DNA of 64,000 bases, taken from Candidatus Nomurabacteria bacterium (GTDB lineage Bacteria; Patescibacteriota; Minisyncoccia; Phycocordibacterales; UBA918). The notes under the pieces are model-generated. The model searched no databases, was not told the origin of the DNA, and was given only the letters and a program-made list of their open reading frames with translations. The translations under genes were made by a program, and so were the position numbers. This document shows, one piece after another, positions 1 to 9,821 of this stretch. Positions within the stretch are counted from its first letter, which is position 1, and every line of letters begins with the position of its first letter. The DNA is taken from NCBI GenBank assembly GCA_020632035.1, contig JACKGG010000001.1, positions 45,056-109,055 on the forward strand. The letters are read 5' to 3'.

Positions 1-1943
1 TAGGTAAGCTTGGACTGCCAAAACATACTCGGCATGGCTCCAAATCAGAGGTGCGGTTGAAAGTTGCTCGCGAGTATCGGGGTGCATTTGCTCGGCCAAG
101 ACTCCTCCGGTGGTAGCGTGTGAAGCAGTCCATTCCAGTAACTCCATAGCTTTTTCCAAATCTTTTTTAGATTCTGCTTTTTCAATATAATATCGAGCAA
201 TCCAAAGGGTGCAAATTACCCAAGGGTTTGGCGAATCGGCGTCTTGCATACGGTAATAGGCATCTCCTTCGTAGCGCACAAAACCCTTACTATTACCATG
301 CACCTGCAGTCTGTCTTCAACAGTTTTTAGCATTCTGGTAATTCTTTCGTCATCAATTTCAAAAACTCTAAAAAAGAGTAATCCGTAAAGACTACTGGAG
401 TCGAGAGTGTTGTCGTACTCAAGTTCACCATCATCAGTGTGAAAAACGTGCTTTACAAAAATCCCCTCATCTTCTTTAAACAAAATCTTTCCGATGGCAG
501 ACTGCATCCTTTGAGCAACTGCTTGGAAAGTGCGAGAAGCTTCGTCTTTACCAAGCAAGTTGGCAAACTTAGCTGCAGCCATGAGCCCACCATAAACAGA
601 GGCTGAAGTGTAAGTGGAAGTACCATACTTCTCTTCCCATAGGTCGAATGAAGCTTGTGGTAGACCGGTTACCGACTCAATGTATTCACACAAAAACTCT
701 GCGGCTGGTTCTATAAAGGGGTTGTACATCGACTCGACAAACTCAATGTCTTTATATTGTTCATAGTGTTCCCAAAGGACAAAGATCACAGTAGCTGTCT
801 CATCTTCCTGTATTGGTAATCTTGGTTCTCCTTTTATTATCCATGGGTGCCAAGAACTACCTAAAACTCCATCGGTACGAAACTTATGCATTAGATAACC
901 ACTTGGGTCTAGCTGTTTAGCTATGAAATCGAAGAAACTACGCGAAGTGTCTCGATAGCCGGCTTTGTCAAAAGTGTGAGCAATTATTGCAGCGTCTCGT
1001 GGCCAAACGTAACTATATGTATCACGACCGTGGTGAAGCATGTCGGTATCACTTGAAGCTATAATTCCGCCTCGGTTATCAGCGTGTACACGCATAACCA
1101 TGAGTGAACGCTTATACAAGGTCTGTAACTCAAGAGGAATATCTGACAAATCAGTATCCTCTTTCTCTAGCCAAGCCTGCCAATAATCTTCGGTTGAAGC
1201 AATCAAGCGATCTGGACCTTCTTTTAAAACTAACTCATCTAAAGCGTGGGCTTCAGGTATCGAAGATGCACACACCACCCAGTAGTAGGTATCATTGGAA
1301 GCGTGACCAGGAATAGAAAAAGCTAATTCAATAACCGAGTCGACAGAGCCATGTTCGATAGGATTTTTCTCAAGGACGCCGTCGTTAGCATCGAGATAGG
1401 TACCTTCTTTACCTTCTATACCAAACAAGCCAATGTTGTATGACTGAAAAGGGTGTCCGTCGCAAGTTGCATTCACTAGCAAGGTCGTGTCTCCTTTATA
1501 GTGCACAATGGCGTTTACCCGCGGGTCATAGAAACCGGTGTCACCTCGACGTGATTCAAATATTCTAAATTGTTGCGATAGGAAGAGTTTAATGTCTCGA
1601 GTTTCAGAGCGATGATTATGTACAGTAAAATGTCTTAAGAAAACATTATGCTCGTTGTGAACCGCGTCTCTACTACCAATAGATACTCCGAGTTCAACAT
1701 TCTCGGCAAACATCGAGCCAACACAAGTACTCTCATCTAGTCCACTAGTTACATTCCATCCAGGTTCTTCCAGCCAAGAGATTTTACCGTCAACAAAAAC
1801 CCCGATACGGTGGACAAAGTTTCCACTGGCCCCACTTACGTGATTAGCCTCGCCCACGAAAGGAAATACAAATCTCGGACCTGCCCTTTAACATCAAGTC
1901 CGACTAATAGATTGCCATTTCCAACTGTGACTGATCGAGCCAT
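1..1943 (-). CDS. Glycoside hydrolase family 15 (glucoamylase/glucodextranase-like), C-terminus runs past the window start
   Basis: Manual reverse translation from the ATG at 1943 gives MARSVTVGNGNLLVGLDVKGQVRDLYFPFVGEANHVSGASG..., a typical GH15 N-terminus (IGNG…YFP). The frame stays open to position 1. It is missing from the ORF track because it has no in-window stop. Confidence 0.7.
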
Positions 1944-1948
1944 GAAGA

Positions 1949-2338
1949 TTAAACTGAATAGTACTTAAGGTGCTTTACTACAGTTGTCTTGGCTGACTTC
2001 GGAGTTTTCGCTTTTTGGAGATCTGTGGCACATGCATTATCTGCTAAAACAGCAGCCACCCAGTTAGCGAAATCGTTTTGTGCGTTTCCGGCATGGTAAG
2101 CGTAGACTTCTTTTTCCATCTCATCTAGAGCGTCACGTAGAGCCAACAAACTATCTAGCACTTGCCCGTTAGACACCCAAAAAGCTGTCTGTCCGTTGGC
2201 ATACACTAGTGGCTTTTTAGATTCTGTTGCCTTTTGAGTAGATTTCTTTACAGCTGCTTTCTTGGCAACCTTTTTAGCAACTTTTTTTGTAGGAGCTTTC
2301 ACCTTTTTTTTGGTGTTTTTTGTTTTTAATGTTGGCAT
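1949..2338 (-). CDS. Lysine-rich (histone H1-like tail) small protein of unknown function
   Basis: 129-aa ORF. The N-terminal 45 residues are K/A-rich (KKKVKAPTKKVAKKVAKKAAVKK), followed by a globular C-terminal part. It abuts the GH15 start. Confidence 0.5.
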   Translation of the reverse strand: MPTLKTKNTKKKVKAPTKKVAKKVAKKAAVKKSTQKATESKKPLVYANGQTAFWVSNGQVLDSLLALRDALDEMEKEVYAYHAGNAQNDFANWVAAVLADNACATDLQKAKTPKSAKTTVVKHLKYYSV

Positions 2339-2353
2339 ATTTGTAAGAACTAA

Positions 2354-3741
2354 TTATCCTCGCTTGATACTTTTAAGGAACGGTATTGTATTAATGATTT
2401 TCTCCCACCAGCGACCGATTGACTGTGGCCTAGTAGGATTAATATTTACTTGCTCGTCTACAGTGCTCACCTCCTCTCCTTCCTCTTCAACCTTTAGAGT
2501 TTCTTTGACAACTTGCTTTACAGCATCTTTTGTCTCGCGTTCAACCACTGCACTGCTTACCCTTAATTGTAAATCACTTAAGGCATTCATGAAAGCGATA
2601 TACGCATCATATGGGGATTGATAGGGAGAAAAGTAAGCGTGCACATCACCATCGTTAGACCACTTAGTACACATGTAATAAAAGTGGTCGGAGGTTTGCA
2701 GCTTACGCCATGTTTCGATCAAGCTTTTCTTCTTAGTCTTCATTACGTCTTCTTCCATTTTATAGATGGCATTGAGTGCATCTCGCTGGATATCGTTACC
2801 AGTCCAAGCGGTCAGGTCGCGGTCGGTATCGGCCCAGGTTAAAACATCTGGTACATCGTACTCGCCAGTTGGTTCATAGCTTTCCACCGTCTCAGTAGCG
2901 GTTTTAAAACTAGTCTCAGGATGACGAAGGATCATCTCCGGCATTGCTCGCAAAAGTCGAAGATGCCGGTGTCTTCCCACTGGTGCTCACCGAAGCTTTC
3001 GTAGTCCATGAAGAGATTGACGGTCTCTCCGTCTCCATGATGCGAATGAATCCAGTCAGCATAGGTTTCGGCATTGAGAGGCCAGTTGTTCCATTCTTTA
3101 TTCCCAAATCGAAAAGCAATATCATCGGAGAGTTTATAGTTCTTTAGTAAAACTTTAATTTTTTTGCAACCGGCTGGTCGGTACAAGTAATTTGGACTCC
3201 GCCAGCCCAGATATTTATCCCACCCCTCGGCCATAATACCGACGTAACCATTGTCTTCACACCACTTCGCTAGGTCGTTACGGTAAGACAACTCCGTGTT
3301 TCGAAAGACTTTTGGCTTAACTCCAAATAGTTGTTTAATTCTTCTTTCATGTTTTTGCACCTGGCGCTTGAACTCTGGTACGGAATAAAAAAATGCTAAT
3401 GAGTGGTGATAGGTATCAGCCAGAATTTCCACCCGGCCGGTCGCTACTAATTCTTGAAAGGACTCTAGTACGTCTGGAGCATATTCTTCAAACTGGTCGA
3501 GGACAGTCCCAGAAAAAGAAAGGCTAAAACGAAACTCCGGGTGCTTATCGAGAAGTTCTCTAAGAATTTTGTTGGTTGGTCGGTAAGATTTATCGGCGAC
3601 CTTCTCAACTATTTTTCTATTATTTAAATCGGTTTCGCTACTGTCGTTAAAATATTCATTATCGTTACCAATATCAAAAACTCGATACTTTTTGATCCGG
3701 TAAGGTTGATGAACATGAAAATAGGGACAAACGGTAAGCAT
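2354..3741 (-). pseudogene. GH57-family alpha-glucan hydrolase/branching-type enzyme split by a frameshift
   Basis: The 269-aa ORF (2932..3741) carries the GH57 signatures YFHVHQPYR and FGEHQWED and then ends with …FDFCEQCRR*. The overlapping 208-aa ORF (2354..2980) in another frame continues as RLLRAMPEMILRH…, which looks like the GH57 C-terminal region. The shift lies between 2935 and 2986, near an AAAA run at 2952–2955. Confidence 0.55.
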
Positions 3742-3742
3742 A

Positions 3743-4966
3743 TTATGTAGTTACGTATTGTAACAGACTTTGATAAATCCTTCGTAGTTTTTCGGCAGCT
3801 TGTGACCAAGAAATATTTTTCAATTGTTGTCTTCCTTCACTTACCATTTGCTGACGGATGACTGGGTACTTGAGACTAGAGAGAATTTGGTTAGCCATAT
3901 CGTCGACATCCCAAAAATCTACCTTAAGAACGTGAGTGAGTACTTCTGCCACACCAGACTGCTTGGAAATAATTGAAGGAGTTCCATGTTGAAGAGCCTC
4001 AAGCGGGACCAGGCCAAAGGGTTCGGAGATTGAAGGCATTACTACCAAGTCTGCACTTTGATACATTTTATCCCTATCCTCAAACCACAACGCTCCAGCA
4101 AATAAAACATTATCAGAGAGTCCAAGGCTCCCTACAAGTTCAATAATCTGGGTGGTCATGTCTCCCGAACCAGAAATAACAAACATTACATCTGGATATA
4201 CATCGACCACCCGCCTAGCGGCTCTAATGAAATGGTCTACCCCTTTTTGGATGGTGATCCGACCGTGATAAAGGACAATTTTTTTACCTTGTCGCTTTAG
4301 TTCCTCGAGTGCTGGCGGGTGACGCTGTGGCTCATTGTTACCACAGCCATTATGTACCACTTCAACTTTTTCAGCTGGTACATTGTGCTTATGAACAATT
4401 ATGTTCTTGGTGTATCCACTCACAGTGACTACTTTGTCTGCTAAAGCAAAACATTCTTTTTCGATGCGGTAGATTTCTGGATCAACATTTTCGCCGGCCG
4501 CCTGGTCGAAAGAGGTGGCATGAACATGGAGGATGAGTGGCTTACCGGTCGCTAGCTTAGCTGCCACTCCCGCTAGGTACGAAGTCCAATCGTGAGCGTG
4601 GATAACATCAAACTTCTCTTCTTTGGCAATAATAGATGCCTGATGCGCAAACCGGTGAGCTTCTTCTATTATGGTTCGAGATTTTATTATTGGTGTACCA
4701 TCTTTCCGATAACCTACTATAGAGTCAATTATGTTGTTGGCTTGCTGGTACGGAACCGGGGTCATATTAGCCTGGACCACCTTCACCAACCGGGCAGAAT
4801 CTGCAAAGACAAAACGGGCATTTCCGTGAGTAGCCTGAGTCTTAGGAAGCACAAAAATCACCTCTACACCACTCTGTAGAAGTTCTTCCGTTAGGCTCTG
4901 ACAAGCAAAGCCTAAACCGCCACTTTGTCCTGGTGGGAATTCCCAACCAAATGTTAGTACTCTCAT
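3743..4966 (-). CDS. GT4-family glycosyltransferase (glycogen/alpha-glucan synthase-like)
   Basis: 407 aa. The N-terminus is MRVLTFGWEFPPGQSGGLGF… (GT-B, GT4 type), and the C-terminal half carries an E…E sugar-nucleotide binding motif. It sits next to GH57 and GH15. Confidence 0.7.
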   Translation of the reverse strand: MRVLTFGWEFPPGQSGGLGFACQSLTEELLQSGVEVIFVLPKTQATHGNARFVFADSARLVKVVQANMTPVPYQQANNIIDSIVGYRKDGTPIIKSRTIIEEAHRFAHQASIIAKEEKFDVIHAHDWTSYLAGVAAKLATGKPLILHVHATSFDQAAGENVDPEIYRIEKECFALADKVVTVSGYTKNIIVHKHNVPAEKVEVVHNGCGNNEPQRHPPALEELKRQGKKIVLYHGRITIQKGVDHFIRAARRVVDVYPDVMFVISGSGDMTTQIIELVGSLGLSDNVLFAGALWFEDRDKMYQSADLVVMPSISEPFGLVPLEALQHGTPSIISKQSGVAEVLTHVLKVDFWDVDDMANQILSSLKYPVIRQQMVSEGRQQLKNISWSQAAEKLRRIYQSLLQYVTT

Positions 4967-5092
4967 AATGAAAACTACTAAACGCCTAATGCACCACTCA
5001 ACGCTAGCTGTTTTATAATATCACGAAGCTATACCAACCCTTGTTTTTTATAGTGTATAAGGTGTTTTTTGCCATCAAGAAGATTGACACAT

Positions 5093-5120
5093 TGACGTTT
5101 TCTCCTTCTTTTGCTAGAAT
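5093..5120 (+). promoter_or_regulatory. Sigma-70-like promoter (TTGACG, 16-nt spacer, TAGAAT) 9 nt upstream of a small ORF
   Basis: TTGACG at 5093–5098 and TAGAAT at 5115–5120. The ATG is at 5130 with no Shine-Dalgarno sequence, so the transcript is probably leaderless. Confidence 0.4.
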
Positions 5121-5129
5121 CTCGCCACT

Positions 5130-5309
5130 ATGTCACAGGATTTACTAATAAAGATGGTGTCTGCAGGCGACAAAAATGGCGTTGAAAAGGTCATGTCTAC
5201 TACACCAGATACAATAACAAAAACAAAAAAAGACCCTAGCAAGAAGTACGAGACCACTAAATTCAACCCGATCGCCAAAGTACACACGGTGTACAAACAA
5301 AAGAAATAG
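5130..5309 (+). CDS. Hypothetical 59-aa lysine-rich small protein
   Basis: ORF MSQDLLIKMVSAGDKNGVEKVMSTTPDTITKTKKDPSKKYETTKFNPIAKVHTVYKQKK. It is bracketed by the promoter above and the terminator hairpin below. It falls under the 60-aa cutoff of the ORF track. Confidence 0.4.
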   Translation: MSQDLLIKMVSAGDKNGVEKVMSTTPDTITKTKKDPSKKYETTKFNPIAKVHTVYKQKK

Positions 5310-5310
5310 A

Positions 5311-5336
5311 AAAATCGTCTCTAAGGAGACGATTTT
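5311..5336. terminator. Bidirectional rho-independent terminator
   Basis: AAAAATCGTCTC-taag-GAGACGATTTTT: a perfect 8-bp stem flanked by an A-run and a T-run. It serves the aldolase on the minus strand and the small ORF on the plus strand. Confidence 0.65.
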
Positions 5337-5369
5337 TCTATTTCTTTTGTTTTTTACCTATATCGAAAT

Positions 5370-6371
5370 TTATAGCTTACCCAAGCTCGCCAAGCTATTT
5401 GCCTTACAAGCTTCCAGCAACGCTTCTTTGGCTTTGTCTTCATTTTCCTTCTTACCTCCCCAGGCTTTTAAAACCGGTTCTTCGATGGCCCGAGAGAATG
5501 AATAAGTAATCGGCCAAGGTTGCTCACCCATCTTAGCGATAGCGTTCAGGTTTTTGGTAGATCGCTCAGGAGTCTGACCACCAGACAAGAACACAATACC
5601 AGCGCAGTCATGAGGAACACTCATGTGGAAGGTGCGTAAGGTAGCATTTGCTACTGCTTCTGGAGAAGTTTGCTCTGCGTACTTGTCGCCAGCTAATACC
5701 ATTGATGACTTGAGTATAAGTCCTTGCAGGTCGACCTTGTATTCAATCAGTGTACTGAAAAGAATTTGTAAGGTCTTGGTGGTAACTTTTTCTGCCAGCT
5801 CGAGTGAGTGATCTCCAGTGTGTATTACCTCTGGTTCAACTATCGGTACGATACCTGCCTCTTGAGCAATCTGGGCGTAACGGGTCATCATGACACAATT
5901 CATCTTTAGGATTTCGTCAGTTGGTGTGTCGTCTTCATCGATATTTACCACCATCCGCCATTTAGCAAAACGAGCACCGAGGTTGTAGTAGTCGGCAAAG
6001 CGTTCAGTCAGATTATCTAATCCTTGAGTTACCACCTCACCTTTGAACCCATGAATTTCTCTAGTCCCCAGATCAACTTTGATCCCAGGCACAATACCAC
6101 TAGCAGTAAGCACATCTGGAAAAGCAACTCCATCGTCGGTAAAATTACGAATCGAGGAATCATACATAATAACTCCAGACAAATACTCTTCTATTCCAGG
6201 AGCAGTAAATAAAATTTCCCGGAAGTCTTGTCGGTTTTCTGGTTCGTTTGGTAAATTGACCATAGCCAAACGAAGACCTGCAGTTCCATCACTTTCGTCG
6301 GCAGCCAAAATCCCTTTGCCTGGGGCAAGAAGAGCGGCCACTGTTTCATAAAGCTTTGTATTCTTTTTCAT
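5370..6371 (-). CDS. Fructose-bisphosphate aldolase, class I
   Basis: 333 aa. The GKGILAADES motif and overall similarity match class I (Schiff-base) FBA. Confidence 0.85.
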   Translation of the reverse strand: MKKNTKLYETVAALLAPGKGILAADESDGTAGLRLAMVNLPNEPENRQDFREILFTAPGIEEYLSGVIMYDSSIRNFTDDGVAFPDVLTASGIVPGIKVDLGTREIHGFKGEVVTQGLDNLTERFADYYNLGARFAKWRMVVNIDEDDTPTDEILKMNCVMMTRYAQIAQEAGIVPIVEPEVIHTGDHSLELAEKVTTKTLQILFSTLIEYKVDLQGLILKSSMVLAGDKYAEQTSPEAVANATLRTFHMSVPHDCAGIVFLSGGQTPERSTKNLNAIAKMGEQPWPITYSFSRAIEEPVLKAWGGKKENEDKAKEALLEACKANSLASLGKL

Positions 6372-6499
6372 CCCGTTAGAAATTAACTGAATAAAACCTC
6401 TTGCTAGATATTGTTGTGTGATTCATAGGAACTAATGTTACTTGCCGAAGGATCCATGTTAATTTCTAACTGGATTCATACTTACCTATGTAGTGTAGC

Positions 6500-6530
6500 A
6501 AAGGCGTGGGCCCGTGGGGCCCGCGCCTGT
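6500..6530 (-). terminator. GC-rich hairpin downstream of the ABC permease
   Basis: GGCGTGGGCCC-gtg-GGGCCCGCGCC: an 11-bp stem including one G·U pair, in an otherwise AT-rich spacer. Confidence 0.4.
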
Positions 6531-6547
6531 TGGCAACTTTACATTAA

Positions 6548-7315
6548 CTAAGAACGGATCTTCCAACCGCGGTTGAACAGTTGAGTAACCAAAATACCTA
6601 ACCCGAGCACTAACCCTGCAATAACTAAAAATCCAACTATTGAATTAGCTTCACTGTAACCAATCATGCTACATCTGATACCATCAGCAAAATAGAAAAA
6701 TGGATTAAGTTTAGTAATAGTTGCAGCCAGTGGTGGCAAGAATGTAATTGAGTAAAAAATACCTCCCAAGTATGTAAGTGGTGTAATCACAAAAGTATTT
6801 AAGACTTGTAACTGCTCAAAACTCTCAGCCCATAGAGCCACAATAATTCCGAGCATTGCGAAAATTGCTGATATAGCTGCTACATAAAGCACAAAACCAA
6901 CCGGGTTGACCAAAGAAACAGCTCCGAACAAAAGCCCAGTAACCAGAATTAAACCAGCTACTAAAAGTGCTCTAGTGACCGCACTTCCAACAAATCCAAT
7001 TAACATTTCAAGATAAGAAAAAGGTGAAATGAGTATCTCCTCGATCCCTTTGGTAAAGCGCATAAAATAAAGTGAGGAGGAAGCGCTGGCAAATGAAGCG
7101 TTGATAATAGAAAGCATCAGCACCCCAGGAAATACGAATGATATGTAAGGAACGCCAGCGAAGTCTTCAATTTTAGTACCAATCACTGTCCCGAATATAA
7201 ATAAGTACAGAGTGGCTGAAATAACTGGAGCAACTAACGTCTGAATAACCACTCGAAAAGTACGTTCAACTTCGCGACGAAACATCGTATATAGTCCTAT
7301 CCAATTTATATGCAT
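6548..7315 (-). CDS. ABC-2 type transporter permease
   Basis: 255 aa with six predicted transmembrane segments. It lies immediately downstream of the ABC ATPase on the same strand. Confidence 0.75.
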   Translation of the reverse strand: MHINWIGLYTMFRREVERTFRVVIQTLVAPVISATLYLFIFGTVIGTKIEDFAGVPYISFVFPGVLMLSIINASFASASSSLYFMRFTKGIEEILISPFSYLEMLIGFVGSAVTRALLVAGLILVTGLLFGAVSLVNPVGFVLYVAAISAIFAMLGIIVALWAESFEQLQVLNTFVITPLTYLGGIFYSITFLPPLAATITKLNPFFYFADGIRCSMIGYSEANSIVGFLVIAGLVLGLGILVTQLFNRGWKIRS

Positions 7316-7332
7316 ATCTCTATATTATATTA

Positions 7333-7463
7333 AAATGATTTTATAATGTGTTTGAGAAACCTCGCGGAGCGTTGGTTTTTGTCAAGACGCTTCGCATCTT
7401 GACAAAAACCACGTGAGCGGAGAACTTGATTCGTGTTTTGAAAATACATTATAAAATCATTTT
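7333..7463. repeat. Intergenic inverted-repeat element between the ABC ATPase and permease
   Basis: Perfect 18-bp inverted repeat: AAAATGATTTTATAATGT at 7333–7350 and ACATTATAAAATCATTTT at 7446–7463. It encloses a perfect 14-bp hairpin, GGTTTTTGTCAAGA-cgcttcgca-TCTTGACAAAAACC at 7374–7410. The right arm overlaps the ATPase stop codon. Confidence 0.5.
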
Positions 7464-8212
7464 TTATTTCTCTCATTATCATTTCGAGTAATTTCTAAAT
7501 ATCTATCTTCTACACTTTTCCCACCGCTCATAAATTCTTCTTTGGTTCCTTGAGCCACTATCTTTCCATGATTGATAATGGCTATTTCGTTACACAAGTA
7601 TTGAATTTCTTCCAAGTAATGAGAAGTCAAAATAATTGTTTTTCCGCCCTCATTTAATTTTTTCAGATACTGCCACAGGTCGTGCCTTTGCTCGACGTCT
7701 ACACCAGCTGTTGGTTCGTCTAGAATGAGAAGATCTGGAGTGTGGACCAAGGCCCGACCGAGCATGGCTCGACGCTTAAGTCCGCCAGATAATTTTTGAA
7801 ACTTCATCTTGCGGTGTTTTTCTAAATCAAATTGTTTTATTAGCTCATCGACTCGAGCATCGCGAACTTCTTTTTTAATACCATAATAACCGGCCATGTA
7901 ACCCATCAATTGTTCTGGTGTAGCAAAAATATCAACATTGAATTCTTGTGGAGAAAGACCAACTTTAGTTCGAGCCAACTTGTAGTCCTTCACCACATCA
8001 ACCCCATCAATCAAAATTGTGCCTGAGGTTGGTTGAGCAATACCAGTGATGCAATGTATAGTAGTACTCTTGCCGGCTCCATTTGGACCAAGTAGACCAT
8101 AAAAACTTCCTCTAGGGATTGAGAGCGAAATATCTTTAACAGCCGTAGTCTGAGTCTTGCCCGAACCGTAGGTCTTTACTAAATTTTTTATTTCAAGGAT
8201 TTGTGTATTCAT
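7457..8212 (-). CDS. ABC transporter ATP-binding protein
   Basis: Walker A GPNGAGKST, signature LSGGLKRR, and Walker B LILDEPTAGVD. Confidence 0.85.
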   Translation of the reverse strand: MNTQILEIKNLVKTYGSGKTQTTAVKDISLSIPRGSFYGLLGPNGAGKSTTIHCITGIAQPTSGTILIDGVDVVKDYKLARTKVGLSPQEFNVDIFATPEQLMGYMAGYYGIKKEVRDARVDELIKQFDLEKHRKMKFQKLSGGLKRRAMLGRALVHTPDLLILDEPTAGVDVEQRHDLWQYLKKLNEGGKTIILTSHYLEEIQYLCNEIAIINHGKIVAQGTKEEFMSGGKSVEDRYLEITRNDNERNKK

Positions 8213-8239
8213 AATTTGTGTTCGGTCTAGTATAACAAA

Positions 8240-8275
8240 AAATAGCGCCTGCGAAGGGCGCTACAAAATATTTTA
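8240..8275 (-). terminator. Rho-independent terminator of the 8316..8738 gene
   Basis: AGCGCC-tgcgaa-GGCGCT hairpin with flanking A/T runs. Confidence 0.5.
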
Positions 8276-8315
8276 TTCCCCAACCCCCCCACTTAGTTTA
8301 ACTCAGAAAACCTAG

Positions 8316-8738
8316 TCAACGTATATGATAGCCGTAATCAGGCTTGGCGGCTTGCGGCTGTAAGTCTTTTAGCGCCGTATCAATCAACTCCAGGAGACTG
8401 CTCTCTAGGGTGGCTCGTTCCGTTGCCTCATCTACGGGATGCCGTTTTAAGTGGACACGTACATCTTTGCTTATAAGCAGGTATTTGTTGGACTCCCCCA
8501 AAAAACAAATAAGTTTAAGCAACTCTCCATATTCGTCATTACCAGGATTACTAAGGTTAGCAAATACATTTTTTACGTAGGAGTTAATCACGTTCAAAAA
8601 TGTGGCTGTCTCTGCAGGTGTAAAAGTTTTTGCGTCTAAAAGCTTTCTGACGTACTGGCTTTTATTTTGAGCGAACAAGTACTGTGCTAAAGAAAGATAC
8701 ACAACATATTTTTCCTGCACTATTTCTATCAAAACCAT
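8316..8738 (-). CDS. Hypothetical all-alpha protein
   Basis: 140-aa ORF with no confidently recognised domain. There is an Rx5H motif near the C-terminus (RVHLKRH). Confidence 0.5.
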   Translation of the reverse strand: MVLIEIVQEKYVVYLSLAQYLFAQNKSQYVRKLLDAKTFTPAETATFLNVINSYVKNVFANLSNPGNDEYGELLKLICFLGESNKYLLISKDVRVHLKRHPVDEATERATLESSLLELIDTALKDLQPQAAKPDYGYHIR

Positions 8739-8824
8739 GAGATTCTCCTTCAGGTTATGGAGTGGTTTACCGTGAGTTTACTGTTTGACGAAATACTTCC
8801 TATGTAGCATAGTACTAATAAGTT

Positions 8825-9586
8825 ATGAAAAGTCAAGAAGAAGAGTGGTTATTAAAAGAGAAGTATGGAGGCGAGAAAAGCATTGCTTTTTTCGCCGACT
8901 GTAAACGACTAGCGCTTGGTGAACCGCTAGCCTACCTAATAGGTTTTTCTCCCTTCTTAGACTGCAAAATTTGGCTGGACAATAATCCGCTCATCCCCCG
9001 CCCCGAAACTGAGTATTGGGCTGAAGAAGCTATTAGTGCCATAAAGGGGGGCGAAACACTTTCCCTTGGTCTTGAGTCTAAATCGCCACGGATACTAGAC
9101 CTTTGCGCTGGCAGTGGTTGCATTGGTGTTGCTGTAGCAAAAGCGATTCCGGAGGCGCGCGTTGATTTCGGAGAAATCGACGCGCGCCTCCTCCCCACTA
9201 TTACTAAGAACATTGTGGAAAATATCCTCAACCCTGAACGAAGCCAGGTTTTCCATACTAGCCTCTTTAGCAACATACAAAACAATTACGACTTCATACT
9301 GTCTAACCCACCATACATAGACGAAACTCTCAATCGAACAGAAAAATCAGTCAAAAACTTTGAACCATACATAGCTCTATTTGGTGGTGAAAAAGGAATG
9401 GAAATTATTTCGGACATTATTTTAAAAGCGCCAGCCCACTTAGCTGCAGGAGGGCAACTGTGGCTCGAACACGAACCAGAGCAGTCACAAACAATCAAAG
9501 AGTTAGGGGAAGAAAATAATTTCTCGGTGACCACAAAGCGGGACCAGTTTAAGGTCGAACGCTACTCAATCTTAGTGCTACAATAA
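8825..9586 (+). CDS. prmC: Release factor glutamine N5-methyltransferase PrmC/HemK
   Basis: SAM-binding motif LDLCAGSGCIG and the NPPY catalytic motif (LSNPPYI). Confidence 0.8.
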   Translation: MKSQEEEWLLKEKYGGEKSIAFFADCKRLALGEPLAYLIGFSPFLDCKIWLDNNPLIPRPETEYWAEEAISAIKGGETLSLGLESKSPRILDLCAGSGCIGVAVAKAIPEARVDFGEIDARLLPTITKNIVENILNPERSQVFHTSLFSNIQNNYDFILSNPPYIDETLNRTEKSVKNFEPYIALFGGEKGMEIISDIILKAPAHLAAGGQLWLEHEPEQSQTIKELGEENNFSVTTKRDQFKVERYSILVLQ

Positions 9587-9590
9587 ACCT

Positions 9591-9818
9591 ATGCCAGACG
9601 CATTTATGTTCAATGAGGTAGCGCTGACTTTTGAGACTGTCGTGAGACTAGCCTTGTACCTAGTGCTTGGCGTATACGCAATCTACAGTGCTATTTTTTA
9701 TTACCACTGGATATCATATGGAACGGACGAAAAAGTGACCTCCTTCACCATCATTTTATATTTTGCCACTACTATCCCACTTTTGATAGTAATGACTATT
9801 CTATCTTTCATTATTTAG
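9591..9818 (+). CDS. Small membrane protein
   Basis: 75 aa with two predicted transmembrane helices. It is tightly coupled to the next ORF. Confidence 0.4.
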   Translation: MPDAFMFNEVALTFETVVRLALYLVLGVYAIYSAIFYYHWISYGTDEKVTSFTIILYFATTIPLLIVMTILSFII

Positions 9819-9821
9819 TTT

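Noticed and set aside
2354-2980. Treating the 208-aa ORF as an independent gene
   Set aside because: Its N-terminus is the out-of-frame continuation of the GH57 ORF. The two together reconstitute one enzyme.
5114-5296. 60-aa minus-strand ORF (MYTVCTLAIGLNLVV…) listed in the track
   Set aside because: It is antisense to a better-supported plus-strand 59-aa ORF. That ORF has a TTGACG-16-TAGAAT promoter and a terminator immediately after its stop. The minus ORF has neither a promoter nor a ribosome-binding site.
8316-8738. HEPN-like toxin, suggested by Rx5H near the C-terminus (RVHLKRH)
   Set aside because: The motif match alone is weak. There is no MNT or antitoxin partner adjacent and no other HEPN features I can verify by eye.
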